Below are positions 18,481-32,000 of a stretch of 64,000 nt of DNA, one piece after another. A program made the translations under genes and the position numbers. Position 1 is the first letter of the stretch. Each line of letters begins with the position of its first letter. The stretch is from the human T2T-CHM13v2.0 reference genome, Homo sapiens. The DNA is taken from the NCBI RefSeq assembly GCF_009914755.1, contig NC_060948.1; one strand, written 5' to 3'. The notes under the pieces were generated by a model, which was not told the origin of the DNA, made no database searches, and saw only the letters and a program-made list of their open reading frames with translations.

Positions 18481-21400
18481 AAAACCTCCATGAAGATTGT
18501 AAACCTCTCTGAGGCCTAGGTGCTCATATGGACTTACAATCTTACATATTGTCCTAAGCCTAAGTTTGATAGTCAACATCTCTCCTATAGTCAGGGTTAA
18601 GGGAGAAGACCCATTATTATGTCTGTGGGCTGGGTCCAGAAATGAGTCATCTTTCCACATGTGGCCAGATCAACATATAAAAGTCACAATTCCACCTCTG
18701 CTGTATTTCCTTGTTACACTCAGGACTTCAAAAGTGGGCTTTGTAAATGTGGGATGGTGAAAACTTGTAATTTCACCTGGGTGCATAACTGAAAGTCCCA
18801 ATCTAATCTTTTTGTGGGGTCCTGTTGTGAAACTCCCTACCAACAAAGAGGTTATACAATATAAGTTAGTGTTGTAAGCTTCTGTCAGCTTTGAATATAT
18901 ATGCAACCCCAGAGTTTATCTATTGCCCTAAGCTTAGCAATGAGAGGCAAAATATCTCCTATTGGCTGAATCCAAATATAAGTTTGATCATCATGCCTGT
19001 GAATTGAAGCAAGGTATATGTCATAATCCTATTTGTGGGCATAAAACTAGGCAGGAGGGTAACATCACTTAGATACTGTGTCACAGTGCCTTGTGATGCT
19101 GTGTCACAATGCCTTCTCTAGGCAGGGTATGATAAATTGGGTCACATTAGCTGGGTACTCAACCCAGCAATATGATACCGTCCCACTTGTGGAAAAAATC
19201 CAGCCAAGTTATGAGAGCCAAAACACCTACATAGTGGGCCCAAGATATGTCAAAACAAACAAACAAACAAACAAACAAAAACCTTCGGTGGCTCCAGTAT
19301 AGGCAGGAGAGACACATTGTAAGGGTGCTGGGCCCAGCAATATGCAATATGCCATCAATTTTTCTTTATGCAGAACCCACACTAAAGAGTAACATCATCT
19401 GGGTGCTGGGCCATGCAATAAGTCAAAATTTGTTATTTTGTGGGCATGGATTAGGAAAAAGAGGTGAGTCACCTATCCTGAGTGCTGGGCTCAGCAATGT
19501 GCCAAAATCCTTCTATTGTGAAGGTCCAGGCAGACAAAGAACATCATATCACTTAGGTCATGGGCTCAGAGATATGTCCAATATCTCCAGTAGGCGAGGC
19601 TCAGGTAGATGAGGAGAGTCATATCATCTACGTGCTTCCCTAGAAATATGTCACAATGTAACACATAGACAGAAACCAGGTAGGGGAGCCACATCACTTG
19701 GGTGCTGGGTCCTGAGATATGTCACAAGGCTCTCTTAGGACAGCACCCAGCAAAGAGTTACATCATCTAGGTGTAGATTTTCTGCTTATTCCACAATGTT
19801 TTATTTGGGTAGGTCTAAAGGAGGGAGCCACTTCATCTAGGCGGTAGACCCCAAGGTATGTCACAATGTCCTCTATGAAGTATAGTCCTGGCAAAAGAGT
19901 ACCATCAACTGTGTGCCTGGCCTAGAAATATATTACTCCAGGTTGGCAAGGCCCAAGCAGGAGAGCCATATAACCCAGGTGACAGGCCTGGATATAAATC
20001 ACAGTGCCCTCCCTTGAACATGGCTTTGGCAAAATAGTACCCTCAACTGTGTGCCTGGCCTTGCAATATGTCATTATCCATCCTTTGTGTATGGCCCATT
20101 CCAGAGAGCAGAGATACATCACCTATAATGGGGGCATAGAAATATATGCAATAATTTTGGTGGACATGGCACAGGCAAGAATGTAACATCAGCTGGGTGC
20201 TAGATTCAGATGTATGTCACCATCCTTACTTAGAGAAGGGCCCAGGCAGGAGAATAACATCACCTTGAGGTTGGCCTAGCTAGATAGCACAATACCATAT
20301 TTGGGCCGGAATAAGTCTGCAGAGTCAAATTATACAGGTGCTTGGCAAAGATTTATATCACAATCACAGTGTCAGATAATTGCAAAGGTGAGATTTACAG
20401 TACCCCACATATCCTTTTTTTCATGTGTGACATTTGGCTTTATCCGTGTGAGATGATGACAGCCTTTACTGTCAGCTGGGTGTGCATGCAAGACTCACAA
20501 TTTAACCTGTGTTCTGAGCCCTGCTACAACTCTGTCTCTATAACCCAAAGACTTTGTAAAATATATGCGAATGTTGTAATCTTTTGTGGCATTTGTATAA
20601 GAACGTTATTCAGGATATCATGCATGTACCTAAACTTGGTTATAAGAGTCAAAATAACCTCTGTTAGCTGAATCCCCATATGACAATCATCATCATTCCT
20701 TTGAACCATGCCTAGGTACATATTACAATCCTCTGTATGGCTATGAAGCAGGTGGAACAGCCATATTATTGAAATGCCGGGCCAGAATTATTCCAATATT
20801 CTCTTTGTAGGCAAAGCTTTGTCAGAAATGCCACCAAACTTTTGTGCTAGGTCCAAATATGTTGCACAGTGTCCTTTGTGTGAGGTGTCAGAGCAGGAGA
20901 GTAGAGACATTTCACCTAAATGGTGGGCCCAAAAATTTGTAACAATGCCTCCTGTTAACAGGGCCCAAGCACAGTAGTCATATCACTTGGGTGCAGTGTT
21001 TAGAAATGCTACAATTACCAAAGGAAGCAGAATACAGGCAGTAGAGGGTAGAGGAGAGTCCCGTAACCTAGTTGATGGGTCCAGAAATCTATCACAATCC
21101 CCGCTGAGGATTGTACTAGCACAGTCAAATCACCAAGGTGCTTGGCCCAGGTATATGTCAAAATCTCTTTTGTGGGCTATACCTGGCAAATTATTAAATC
21201 ATTCTGGAGCTGGGAAAAGGTTTATGTCACAATTATACTTGTGGGGAGGTTTAGAAATAAGAGTCATTATCTTGCACATGTTCTGGCTCCAGGTATATGA
21301 GTTGTTATAAGGCTTTTATTATGGTGTCAGATATATGGCACAATATCACCTGTGGACACAGAGAAGGCAAGAAAGTCAAATCACCTACTTGGGTGTGGGT

Positions 21401-22719
21401 CCTGCGAGATGTCACAATACCCCTTGTGTGAAGGTCTTTGTGGGAAAGTCACATCACCTGGCTGCTGGTTTCAGTGACATATCAAAAACTCCTCTGTGGG
21501 CAGGACTTTGGAAAAAGAGGAGACACAATTCACTTAGGCAACTGGCCTAGGTATATTTCATAGTGTCTTTTCTGTACAGTACCAAACCTGGAGCATGATC
21601 ACACATTGGTGCTGGACCCAACAATATGTCACAATCTCCCTGTAATCAAGACAAAGGCTAAAGCAAAAAAGAAACACAACTTAGGTGTTGAGCCAAGTGA
21701 TACATTACAATGCTTCCTGTTGGCAGATCCCAGGAAGGAGAATCACATCACCTGGGTGCATTGCACACTTATGTGTCACAATGTACTGTAAGTGCTTGTC
21801 CAAGGCAGTATAAGGTTGTCACATCACATACATGATGGACCGAGATACGAGACACAATTCTATTTGCAGGCAGGTTTCAGGCAGATAATTCACTTTACCC
21901 AGGTGATGGTCCAGGAATATATAAAAGTGTCATTTTGTAGGCATAGCCAAAGAAGGTGTTATACATGGCTTACGTGTCTGTTCCACGTATGGCACAATTT
22001 CATTCTAGGCTTTGGCCTAGAAGAGACTGTCAAATTATTCATATGCTGGGCAAATTTACCTGTCTCAATCATACTCTTAGAAACATTGAGAAATATGTTT
22101 TTTATCGCACATGAATCCTGGTTTTGTGTATTTGAGTTAACTCTTTCTATGAGTTGGGTCGAAGTAGAGGAGTCACAATCCCAACCATGGGCAAGATCCA
22201 TGTATAGTAGCCTCAATCCTACTTGAATATCATGTTCCAGTAGGAGAGTCAGAGCATCACAAGTGTGCTGAATCATGTTTCAAATATTACCAAACTACCT
22301 GTGAATCAGATCCATGTACTATAGTAATTATTTCAAGCTTTGACTGCTTTTTATGAGTGAGATTTAGTATCACATTCCTAGGCCCTGTTTATGTGTCAGA
22401 ATGACTACCGTGTCAGCTAGGTGTGCATACAAGAGTCACGTTCTCACCTGGTTGCTGTTCTCTGTTATGACACTGTTATGACGCTGTTATGTACCAATAA
22501 GGCTTTATATGATATACCACAGCGTTATAATCCTTCATGAATATTATGCAAGTGAAAAACCCAGGACCTTACCCATGGCAGTGCAACTGGCTATGAGAGT
22601 CACACCATCCCTACTGGCTGGGTCCAGGAATGAGAGTCATTATTGCACATGTGTGCTTATCCCAGTTATATGTCACACTTTCACCTATGAGCTGGGACAA
22701 TGTGGGAGAGTCACATAAC

Positions 22720-22788
22720 CTGGGTACTGAGCCACTGACACAATATGGTCTCATTTGTAGGCTGGGCCTAGTCAGAAGGGTCAAATCA
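22720..22788 (-). pseudogene. BPY2/VCY2-exon-like segment within satellite unit A
   Basis: translates DLTLLTRPSLQMRPYCVSGSVPR, then donor CAG|GTTATG; resembles BPY2 VTLLTRPSIQMRLCCITGSVSR (recalled from memory). Confidence 0.55.
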
Positions 22789-24010
22789 GTAGATGTTGGG
22801 CTCTGCAAAATGTAATAATTCCCTCTCTTGACAGAGTTTAGGATATGAAGGAGAGTCACATCACCTATGTTTTGTAATCAGTGGTATGTCACCACATCTG
22901 TGGTAAGCAGGACCCCGTCAGGAGAAGAGAGTCACATGACCTAGATGTTTGGTCAAATGATATTTCACCATGTACTCTGGGGGTGGGTACAGGCAGGAGA
23001 GACAAATCACCTATCTCTTAGGCCCAGAGATATGTGATAATATCCCTTGTTTGCAGGGTCCAGGCAGAAGTAACAAGATTATGATTCTAACCCTGCAATA
23101 TGTCAAAATGCATCTATGGGGAAAAAATTAAGCCAAAAAGTCTCAACACCTGGGTACTAGGCCTAGTAATAGGTCAAATCTTTTGTTTTTGTGGGTGATA
23201 TCATTAAATTGAGCTGGGTGTGTATATGAGATTCACAATATCATGTGTTCTTTGGGCTATTGTATGACACTCTACAACATTTGAAGGCTTTATACAGCAT
23301 GCATCAGGGTTGCAAACTACTCTGAAGCCTATGTGCTCAGAGGGATTCATGAGCTTACCTATATCCCTAAACCCATGGATAATAGTAAACATCTTTTATG
23401 TGGGATGGTTTTAGGTATGAGACCCATTATTATGCCTATGAGCTGGAAACAGAAATAAGTCACCATCCCACCTGTGGCCAGATCCACATATGAAGGTCAA
23501 AATTCCAACCTGGTACTGTATTCACTTGTTAGACTCACGGTGTTAACAGTGGGCTTTGGACATGTGGGATGGTGACAACATTTGCTTTTACCTGGGCATG
23601 TAATTGAAGGTCCCAATCTGAATTTTCTGCTGGTCCCTGTCATGAAACTCTCTGTACCAATCAAGCAACTTATACATTATGAGTTAGTGTTGTAAAGTTC
23701 TGTGAGCGTTCTACAAATATGCAACCAAGGACCTTACTTATTGCCCTATGCCTAGTGATGAAAGGCAAAATATCTCCTATTGTCTGTATCCAAGTTTAAG
23801 TTTGACCATTATGCCTGTAAACTGAAATAAGGTATATGTCATAGTCCCATTTGTGGGCAAAAAACTAGGCAGGAGGGTAACGTTACTTAGGTGCTGTGCC
23901 AAGTAACATGTCCCAATGTCCTCTCTAGGGAGTGTATAGGAATTAGAGTCACATTAACTAGATGCTGGACTCAGCAATATGCCCCCATCTCAAATGTGGG
24001 AAAAAATCCA

Positions 24011-24350
24011 GGCTGGGCACCATGCCACACGCCTGTAATCCCAGCACTTTGGGTGGCCAAGGCAGGCAAATCACGAGGACAAGAGTTCTAGACCAGCCTG
24101 ACCAACATAATGAAACCCCGTCTCTACTAAAAATACAAAGATGAGCCGAGCATGGTGGCACATGCCTGTAATCCCAGCCACTCAGGAGGCTGAGGCAGGA
24201 GAACAGCTTGAACCTAGGAGGCGGAGGTTGCACTGAGCCGAGATCACACCATTGTACTCCAGAGCTCCAGGCTGGGTGACAGAGCAAGATTCCATCCCCC
24301 CACCAAAAACAAACAAACAAACAAATAAAATAAAAATAAAAAAATAAAAA
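24011..24350 (+). mobile_element. Alu (AluSg-like) inside satellite unit B
   Basis: ggctgggcac...cctgtaatcccagcactttgg...aatcacgagg; (caaa)n/(taaaa)n tail; short A-rich TSD aaaaa(t/g)cca. Confidence 0.93.
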
Positions 24351-25886
24351 AGCCAAGTTACGACAGACAAAACACATACATAATGGGCCCAGGAGAGGTC
24401 AAAATACTTTCTTTGGCTCTGGGACAAGCATGAAAGTCACATTAACAGGGTGCTGGGCCCAGAAATCTGCAATAATTATCTCTATATGCAGGACCCAGGT
24501 AAAAGACTAACATCATCTGTGTGTTGGGGTCCTGCAATAGGTCAAAATTTATTGTGTGATCATGGTTCAAGAAAAAAGAAAAAAGTAAAATAACCTGAGG
24601 GCTGGGCTCAGCAATATGGCATAAACCACTGTTATAAAAGCCAGGGAGAAGAAGCAGTCTCTTCACTTAGGCCAAGGGCTCATAGATGTTCCCCACTGCA
24701 GACAAATATCTGCAGGGCCCAGGCAGAAAAGGAGAGTCATATCACCTAGGTACTTCCCTAGTTATACATCACAATCCAACATTTGGGCAGAAATTAGACA
24801 GAAGAGACATATCACTTGGGTACAGCCTGTAATAATATGCCAGATCCCCAATGTAGACAGTTTTGAAGAAGAAAAAGAGAATCACACTGGCTGGGTGCTA
24901 AGCTCAGAATTATGAAATAAAGCCTGGCAGAGTTTAGGAAAAAAAGGAAAGTCACGTCACCAAGGTATTTCACTCAGTAATATGTCACAATTTCTTCAGC
25001 CGGCAGAATCCAGGCAGGAGGGGAGAGTCACATTACCTAGATGCTATATCTCACGATATGTCATAGTGCCCCTGTGGGCAGGACACTGGCAGGGAGACAT
25101 ATCAGGTAGCCAATAGGCCCAGAGATATCTAAAAATATTCCCTGATTAAAAGGTCCAGCCAGAAGAATCACATTATCATGATTCTGAACCAGTGATATGT
25201 AACAAAGTGCTTATAGAAAGGAATTTAAACCAAAAAGTCTCAACACCTGGGTACTAAGCAAATGGATATGACACATCTTTTCATTTTTAAGGGCGAAAAT
25301 ATTAACTGTTAGCTAGTTGTGTATATGAGAGCCACAGTCTCACATATGTACTGGCCATTGTATGGCACTCTCTATAACATCAGGGAACTTTGTTCAGCAT
25401 GCATCAGAGTTGCTAAACTTTCTGAGGCTTACATGTTTATATGGACTCATGATCTTATATATAGCCATAAACCCAGGCATGACAGAATACAGATTTCCTA
25501 TACACTGGACTCAGGAATGAGACCACAATTATGCCTGTTACCTGGAGCCAAAAATGAATCACCATCCTATATGTGGCCACATTCACTTATGAATGTCACA
25601 ATTCCAACTTTCTGCTGTATTTACTTGTTAGACTGAGGACCTCAACAATGGGCTTTGTAAATTGAGAATATGTAGTCAAGAGTCACAATCTTAACTTTTT
25701 GCTGGGCCCTATTATCAAACTCTCTATACCAGCCAAGAAGTTTCTCTGATATGATTTAGTATTGTAAATTTCAGTGAGTTCTGCACAAGTATGCAATGAA
25801 GGACCTTAACTATTGACATAAACATAGTTGCTTGAGGCAAGATATCCCCTGTTGGCTGAATCCCAATATAAGCTTGATCATCTTAC

Positions 25887-26008
25887 CTTTGAACTGAAGC
25901 AAGGTATATATCCTAATCCCATTTGTGGGCAAGAAAATTAGGCAAAAAGTTAAAATCACTTAACTGATGTGCCACACAACATGTCACAGTGTCATCTCTA
26001 GGCAGGGC
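25887..26008 (-). pseudogene. BPY2-exon-like segment with canonical splice sites (unit C)
   Basis: acceptor cctcttttctag|G (26008), donor AAG|GTAAGA (25887); LSD...TLLQFK resembles BPY2 LSDVN...TLLQSK (from memory); frameshifted. Confidence 0.5.
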
Positions 26009-27933
26009 CTAGAAAAGAGGGTCACATGAACTGGGGGCTGGAGCCACCAATATGATACAAACTCATGTTGAAGAAACCCAGAAAAGTGATGAGGTCAAAA
26101 CACCTAAAGAATGGGCCAATAATATGTCAAAATACCTTCTGGAGCTCTGGCAGAAGGAGGAGAGTTACATCATTGGAGTACTGGGCTGAGCAATATGCTA
26201 TAATGTTTCCATTTATGCATGACCTAGGCAGAAGAGTGACATAATCTGGGTGCTGGGCCCTGAAGCACAGGAAAAGTCCTGTTTGTGGGCATTGTTCAGC
26301 AAGAAAACAAAAGACACATTACCTAAGTGCTGGACTCATTAATATGTCAGAATATTCCCATCAGAGAAGCACAGACAGAGGAAGAGTCAAATGACTTAGG
26401 TCATGGGCTCAGAGATGTGTCTCAGTGTCACCAGTAAGCTGGGCTCAAGCAGAAAAAGAGAGTCATATAACCCAGTTGTTTCCTTAGGTATATGTCATAA
26501 TTTAATATGTGGGCAGAAACCAGGCTGAGGAAACACATCACCTGATTCTTGGTCCTGATGTATTCACATCACTTGTCACCCTTAGAAAAGGACCCAGGCA
26601 AGGGAGATACATCACCTAGGTCCAGATTCCACCCTTATGTCACAATGCCCCATGTGGGCAGGACCAAGCAGGAAGTCACATTAATTAGGTGATAGCCACA
26701 GAGATATGTCAAAAAGTCTTCCCTAAAGCATGGCTCTGGCAAAAGAGCATCATCACCTTTGTGCCTGGCCTAGCAGTATGTCACTCTTCAAGTGGGCAGG
26801 TCCTATAACCTACATGATAGGCCCTGTGATATGGCAAAATGTCCTCTTTGAGGAATGGCCCTGGAAAAATAGTATCATCAGTGATGTGCCTGGCCTAGGA
26901 ATGTGTCATCATCCATCCCTGTGTGCAGGGCTCATTCCAGAGAGGAGAGTTACATCTCCTAAGTGATGGACACAGTGATGTTGTTAAGATGTTTCTGGGC
27001 ATGGTGCAGACACTAATGTAAAGTAACCTGGGAGCTGGATCCAGCGATGTCACCATTCTTACTGAGCATGATCCAGGCAGAAGAGTCACAGCACTTTAAA
27101 ATTGGCTTAGGTAGATGTCAAAATCCCATATGTTGGCTGGAACGAGTCAGAAGAGTAAAATCACACAGATACCTGACAAAGATTTATATCACAATTATGA
27201 TGGAATAAAATACCACACATGTGCTGTTTTCATGTAGGACAGTTGCCTCCATCCATCTGTAATAGTGAAAGTCCTTACTGTCAGCTGGGTCTCAGCATTG
27301 GAGACCCAGAATCCCTTTTGTGTGCTAGGCCCTGTTATGACACTCTCTATACAACCCAAGGGTGTTATAAGATATGCGTGAGTTTTGTAATCTTCTGTGA
27401 CATTTTACAGAAGAAGATCCTGGAAATCACTCAGGTACATGAACCTAGAAGAGTCAAAATTTCTCCTATTGGCTTGGTCCACCTATGAGAGTCATTATTA
27501 TGCCTTTTAGCTGTGCCTAAGTATATGTCACCATCCCCTTTGTGGTTATTAAACAGGCAGGAAAACCATGTCACCTAAATCCTAAGCCAGAAATATTCCA
27601 ATATTCTCTTTGTAGGCAAAACACGAACAGAAATCTCACAAATATGGGGTGTTAACCCAACTCTATGGCATAATGCCTCCTATGGAGATTGTCCAGGCAG
27701 GAAAGGAGAGTCATACCACCTAAATGATGGCACAGAAATATGTCACAATACCTACTATTGAAAAGGTTAGGCAAGAGGGTTATGTCATTTGGATGCAGTG
27801 CTTAAAAATGCTACACTCTTCACAGGAAGCAGGGTTCAGACAGGAGAGGAGAGTCACATAAGCTAGACGATAAGTCTAGAAATATGTTATGATTTCTTCT
27901 GAGGATAGTGTTAAGACACAAAATTCAAATCAC

Positions 27934-28942
27934 TGTTGTGGGAAGTCAGGGAACCCGAACAGAGGGGCTGGCTGAAGCCATGGCAGAAGAACATAAATTG
28001 TGAAGATTTCATGGACATTTATCACTTCCCCAATCAATACTCTTATAATTTCCTATACCTGTCTTTACCTTAATCTCTTAATCCCAGTATCTTCATAAGC
28101 TGAGGATGTGTGTCACCCCAGGACCCTGTGATGATTGTGTTAACTGAAAAACTTGTTCATAAAGCATGTGTGTTTGAACAATACGAAATCTTGGCACCTT
28201 GAAAAAAGAACAGGATAACACCAATGTTCAGGGAACAATGGAGATAATCATTAGGTCTGACTGCCTGGGAACCAGGCAGGACAGAGTCATATTTCTCTTA
28301 TTACTGAAAATGGGTAAGAGAAATATTGCTGAATTCTTTCCTCAGTAAGGAATACTAATAATTAACAGCCCTGGGAAAAGAATACACTCCTCGGGGGAGG
28401 GGAGCCTCTAAAACGGCCACTCTGGGAGTGTCTGCCTTATGCAGTTGTAGATAGGGATGAAACATGCCCTAGTCTCTGGCAGTGTCCACAGGCTTGCTAG
28501 GATTAGGAAATTCCAGCCTGGTGAATTCTAGTCAGACTGGTTCTCTGCTCTTGAACCCTGTTTCTGTTAAGACATTTGTCAATGACAATGCATGCACAGT
28601 GGGACATGAAACTCCATCAGCAATTCTAGTTTCACCCTGGCCTTGTGACCCTGCCCCACCCATTCGCCTTGTGATGTTTTATTGCCTTTGAAGCATGTGA
28701 TCTCTGTGACCCACACCCAATGTGTACACTCCCACCCCTTTGAAATTTGCTAATTAAAAACTTTCTGGTTTTGCAGCTCAGGGGGCATCATGGAACCTGC
28801 TGACATGTGATGTCTTCCCCAGACAACCAGCTTTAAAATTTCTCTCTTTTGTACTCTTTCCCTTTATTTCTCAGACATGCCTGCACTTAGGGAAAATAGA
28901 AAAGAGTCTATATTGAAATATTGGGGGCTGGTTCCCCTGATA
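27934..28942 (+). mobile_element. 5' LTR, MER11
   Basis: starts tgttgtgggaagtcaggga...gaagccatggcagaagaacataaattgtgaagatttcatggac; ends ggttcccctgata. Confidence 0.92.
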
Positions 28943-28944
28943 TC

Positions 28945-28962
28945 TGGTGCACCAATGTGTTT
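28945..28962 (+). other. Primer-binding site (tRNA-Lys-like, degenerate)
   Basis: tggtgcaccaatgtg directly after the LTR, resembling TGGCGCCCAACGTG. Confidence 0.7.
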
Positions 28963-29104
28963 TTTTCTTTTTCCTAAGTGCATGTGGGAATCCAATTCCC
29001 TTTGGTAGGTAGGTGTGGAGAAACATCATCGGTTTGGTCCACAGAAACACTTGTTCAACTCCCTGATGATTTGTGAGTAGTCTGTGAATTTGTCTGGGTT
29101 AACT

Positions 29105-30445
29105 ATGGGTCATACAGAGTCTAAAAATTATACTTATCTCTTCTATATTAAACTCCAGTTAAAAGAGGAAAGGGTTTGAGTGCCCATGGAAAAATATGAT
29201 CACTCTATTCAAGAGAGTGGGAAAATACTGTCCTTGGTTTCCTGAAAAAGGAAACTTAGATGTAGACCTGTTAAAACGGGGAAGGGTCTAAGTAACCATG
29301 GAAAATATGGTGACTGTATTCAGGGCAGTGGAAAAATACTGTCCTTGGTTTCCTGAAAAAGGAAACTTATATGTAAAATTATGGGATCATGTTGGTTCAA
29401 TATTCTGGGAACTTGTCTCGACAGGGAATTATGTTCCCATCGCTGTGTGGGGTGATTGGGCCTTGGTACATGCTGTCCTAATACCTCCTCAACTTTCCTT
29501 TCCCATACCGCCTTTGTTATCTGCTCAGCCTCTCCCTTCACCTACTCCTCCCCCCACCTAACGATGCTGAAAATTCAGTGTCTAACTCCAGTAACTTTGG
29601 CTTAATGTTACCCCCTGCTGACCTTATTTCTTTTCATGAAAAGCCAGTACTTGTAACTCCCGTGGCCCCAACTCCTACAGCCCATTTCCATATATGTGGT
29701 AATTCTTCTCTCTTCAAACCTCTGGTGTCAGCTAATGGCTCTGGAACCAAACTACAATTTACCTTTAATTCTCCAAGCACTCCCCCATCCATCGCATCCC
29801 CGCACCCTCCTGTCATTTCAGTTCCTCAACCGGTCTGCATCATTGTGTACCTCTCAATCTTACCTTTTTAAAAGAATTTAAGGATGCTTGTACTCAGTAT
29901 GACCCTACTTCTCCTTATGTTAAAATGGTATTACAAACTTTTGTACAGAGGTCATTTTCCTTCCTTTAGACTGGGACCTTTTGGCAATAGCTGTTCTAAC
30001 CCATCTCAGCATTTACAGTTTTGTACCTGGTGGTCAGAGAAGGCCTATTTGCAGGCTCAGCTAAATTTGACTAATGGCATTCTAACTACTCAGGCTCAGC
30101 TCACAGGGTCTGATAATTTCTCTGATACTTATGCCCAATTAAACTTTGATGCTCTTACCACAGAACAAGTAGCAAAGGTGTGTATGAGAGCTTGGGATAA
30201 ATTACGCACCCTAGGCCAAGCTCCTGCTTCTTTTACTACTGTTAAACAAGGTCACACTGAATTATACCCTGATTTTTTAGCTAAATTACAAGATGCTGTT
30301 GAAAAATCTGTCTCTAATTATCATGTTCAAGGTGTTCTCCTTTGTATGTTAGCTTTTGAAAATGTGAACCATGAGTGTAAGATGGCCATGCATTCCATCC
30401 AATGACAAAATTTACTGGATCACGAGATGTTGCCTGCATACATTA
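29105..30445 (+). pseudogene. gag: HML-8 gag remnant (MA and CA; NC absent)
   Basis: MGHTESK start; EKYCPWFPEKG (MA); major homology region VKQGHTELYPDFLAKLQDAV (CA). Confidence 0.85.
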
Positions 30446-30449
30446 AAGT

Positions 30450-32000
30450 TTAATCTGACACACCTGTGAGGATTAAACACCTGCAGTGGCTTCTAAAGAA
30501 AACTGGAGGGTTTAACTCAATTAGTTTCTGAACAGTTACAACTTGGTAATGCAGAATTTTCCCTTTTCCCCTGGAATTCTACTGTGTTTCTAGTAAAAAA
30601 AGAAATCAGGAAAGTTGCAGATGGTAACTCATTTAAGGGCCACTAATACTGTAATTAAACCTATGGGAGTCATCCAACCTGGCATGCCTGCCCCTGCTTT
30701 AATATCTAAGTTTTGACCTCTCATTTGATCTTAAAGATCATTTTTTATATTGCTTTACATGAATTGAATTGTGAAAAATTTGCTTGTACTTTACCATCTA
30801 TCAATAATCAGGAGCCTGCAGCTCGTTATCAATGAAAGCACTTCCTCAGGGAATGCTGAATAGCCCTACAATCTGCCAGCTTTATGTTAGACAAGTGCTT
30901 TCACCAGTTTGAGCCCAATTCCCCAGGCCTATATTCTTCATTATATTGATGATATTTTAGTTGCCACCCCCCTTCATAAAGAATTAATTGACTGTTATCA
31001 AATTTTGAGCCATTGTGTTACAGAGGCTGGATTGCACATCACTCAGAATAAAATTCAGCAGACCACTCCTGTTTGATATTTAGGAATGGTGGTTGATAAA
31101 CAACGTATTCAACCTCAAAAAGTTCAAATTAGGAGAGATTCTTTGAAAACTTTAAAGACTTCTGAAACCTTTGGGTAACATTAATTATTTAAGACCTACT
31201 TTAGGCATTCTGACCTATGCACTGTCTAACTTGTTTTCTACACTGTGGGGAGATTCCAATCTCTGCAGTTCCAGGAGTTTGACACATGAGGCTTCACCAG
31301 GACTGGAATTCATAGAGGGAAGAATCCAGACTGCCCAGCTATCTAGAGTACAGCCATTTCAGCCTTTTCAGCTTCTAGTTTTTGCTTCCTTGCACTCCTC
31401 TACTGGGCTAATAGTTCAACATAATGATTTAATAGAGTGGTGTTTTCTTCCCCATTCTGTGTCAAAAGCTTTGTCTGTTTATCTGGCCCAACTGGCCATC
31501 TTAATTGAACAAGCTTGGTGTAAAATACTTGAAATTTCTGGATTTGATCCAAATTTAATTGTAGTTCCTTTAAATTGGCTCAAAATTCAAGCCACCTTTC
31601 AACATTCTGTACTGTGGCAAATTCACTTGGCTGATTTTATTGGCGTTATTGACAATCATTATCCAAAAAACAAATTGTTTAATTTTATAAAAATGACATC
31701 TTCGGTGGTCTCTTGCTTAACCAAAGACCAGCCCATTCCTGAGGCCATTACAGTGTTCACTGATGGCTCCAGTAATGGAAATGCTGGCTATGTGGGTCCT
31801 ACAGACAAGCTTATTTCTACCCTTTATACCTCTGCTCAAAAGGCAGATTTAATTGCTGTAATTACTGTCTTACAGGATTTCCCTAAACCTTTAAATATTG
31901 TCTCTGATTCTACTTAATGTGGAAATGAGGATATGCTTGCATTTCACCAGGAGATCATCAATCCCCTCTCTGAATATCCACTAGGAGAATCAAGCTTCAT
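30450..32000 (+). pseudogene. pol: HML-8 pol remnant (RT and RNase H; integrase mostly deleted)
   Basis: [13 protein letters not shown] (30841), YIDD (30942), RNase H VFTDGSSNG; jumps at ~31915 to integrase C-terminal GYACISPGDHQSP. Confidence 0.88.

Noticed and set aside
23958-24427. Alu-antisense ORFs (also 17084-17383, 35350-35535 and the sense-strand 50968-51312)
   Set aside because: Typical spurious translations of Alu sequence.
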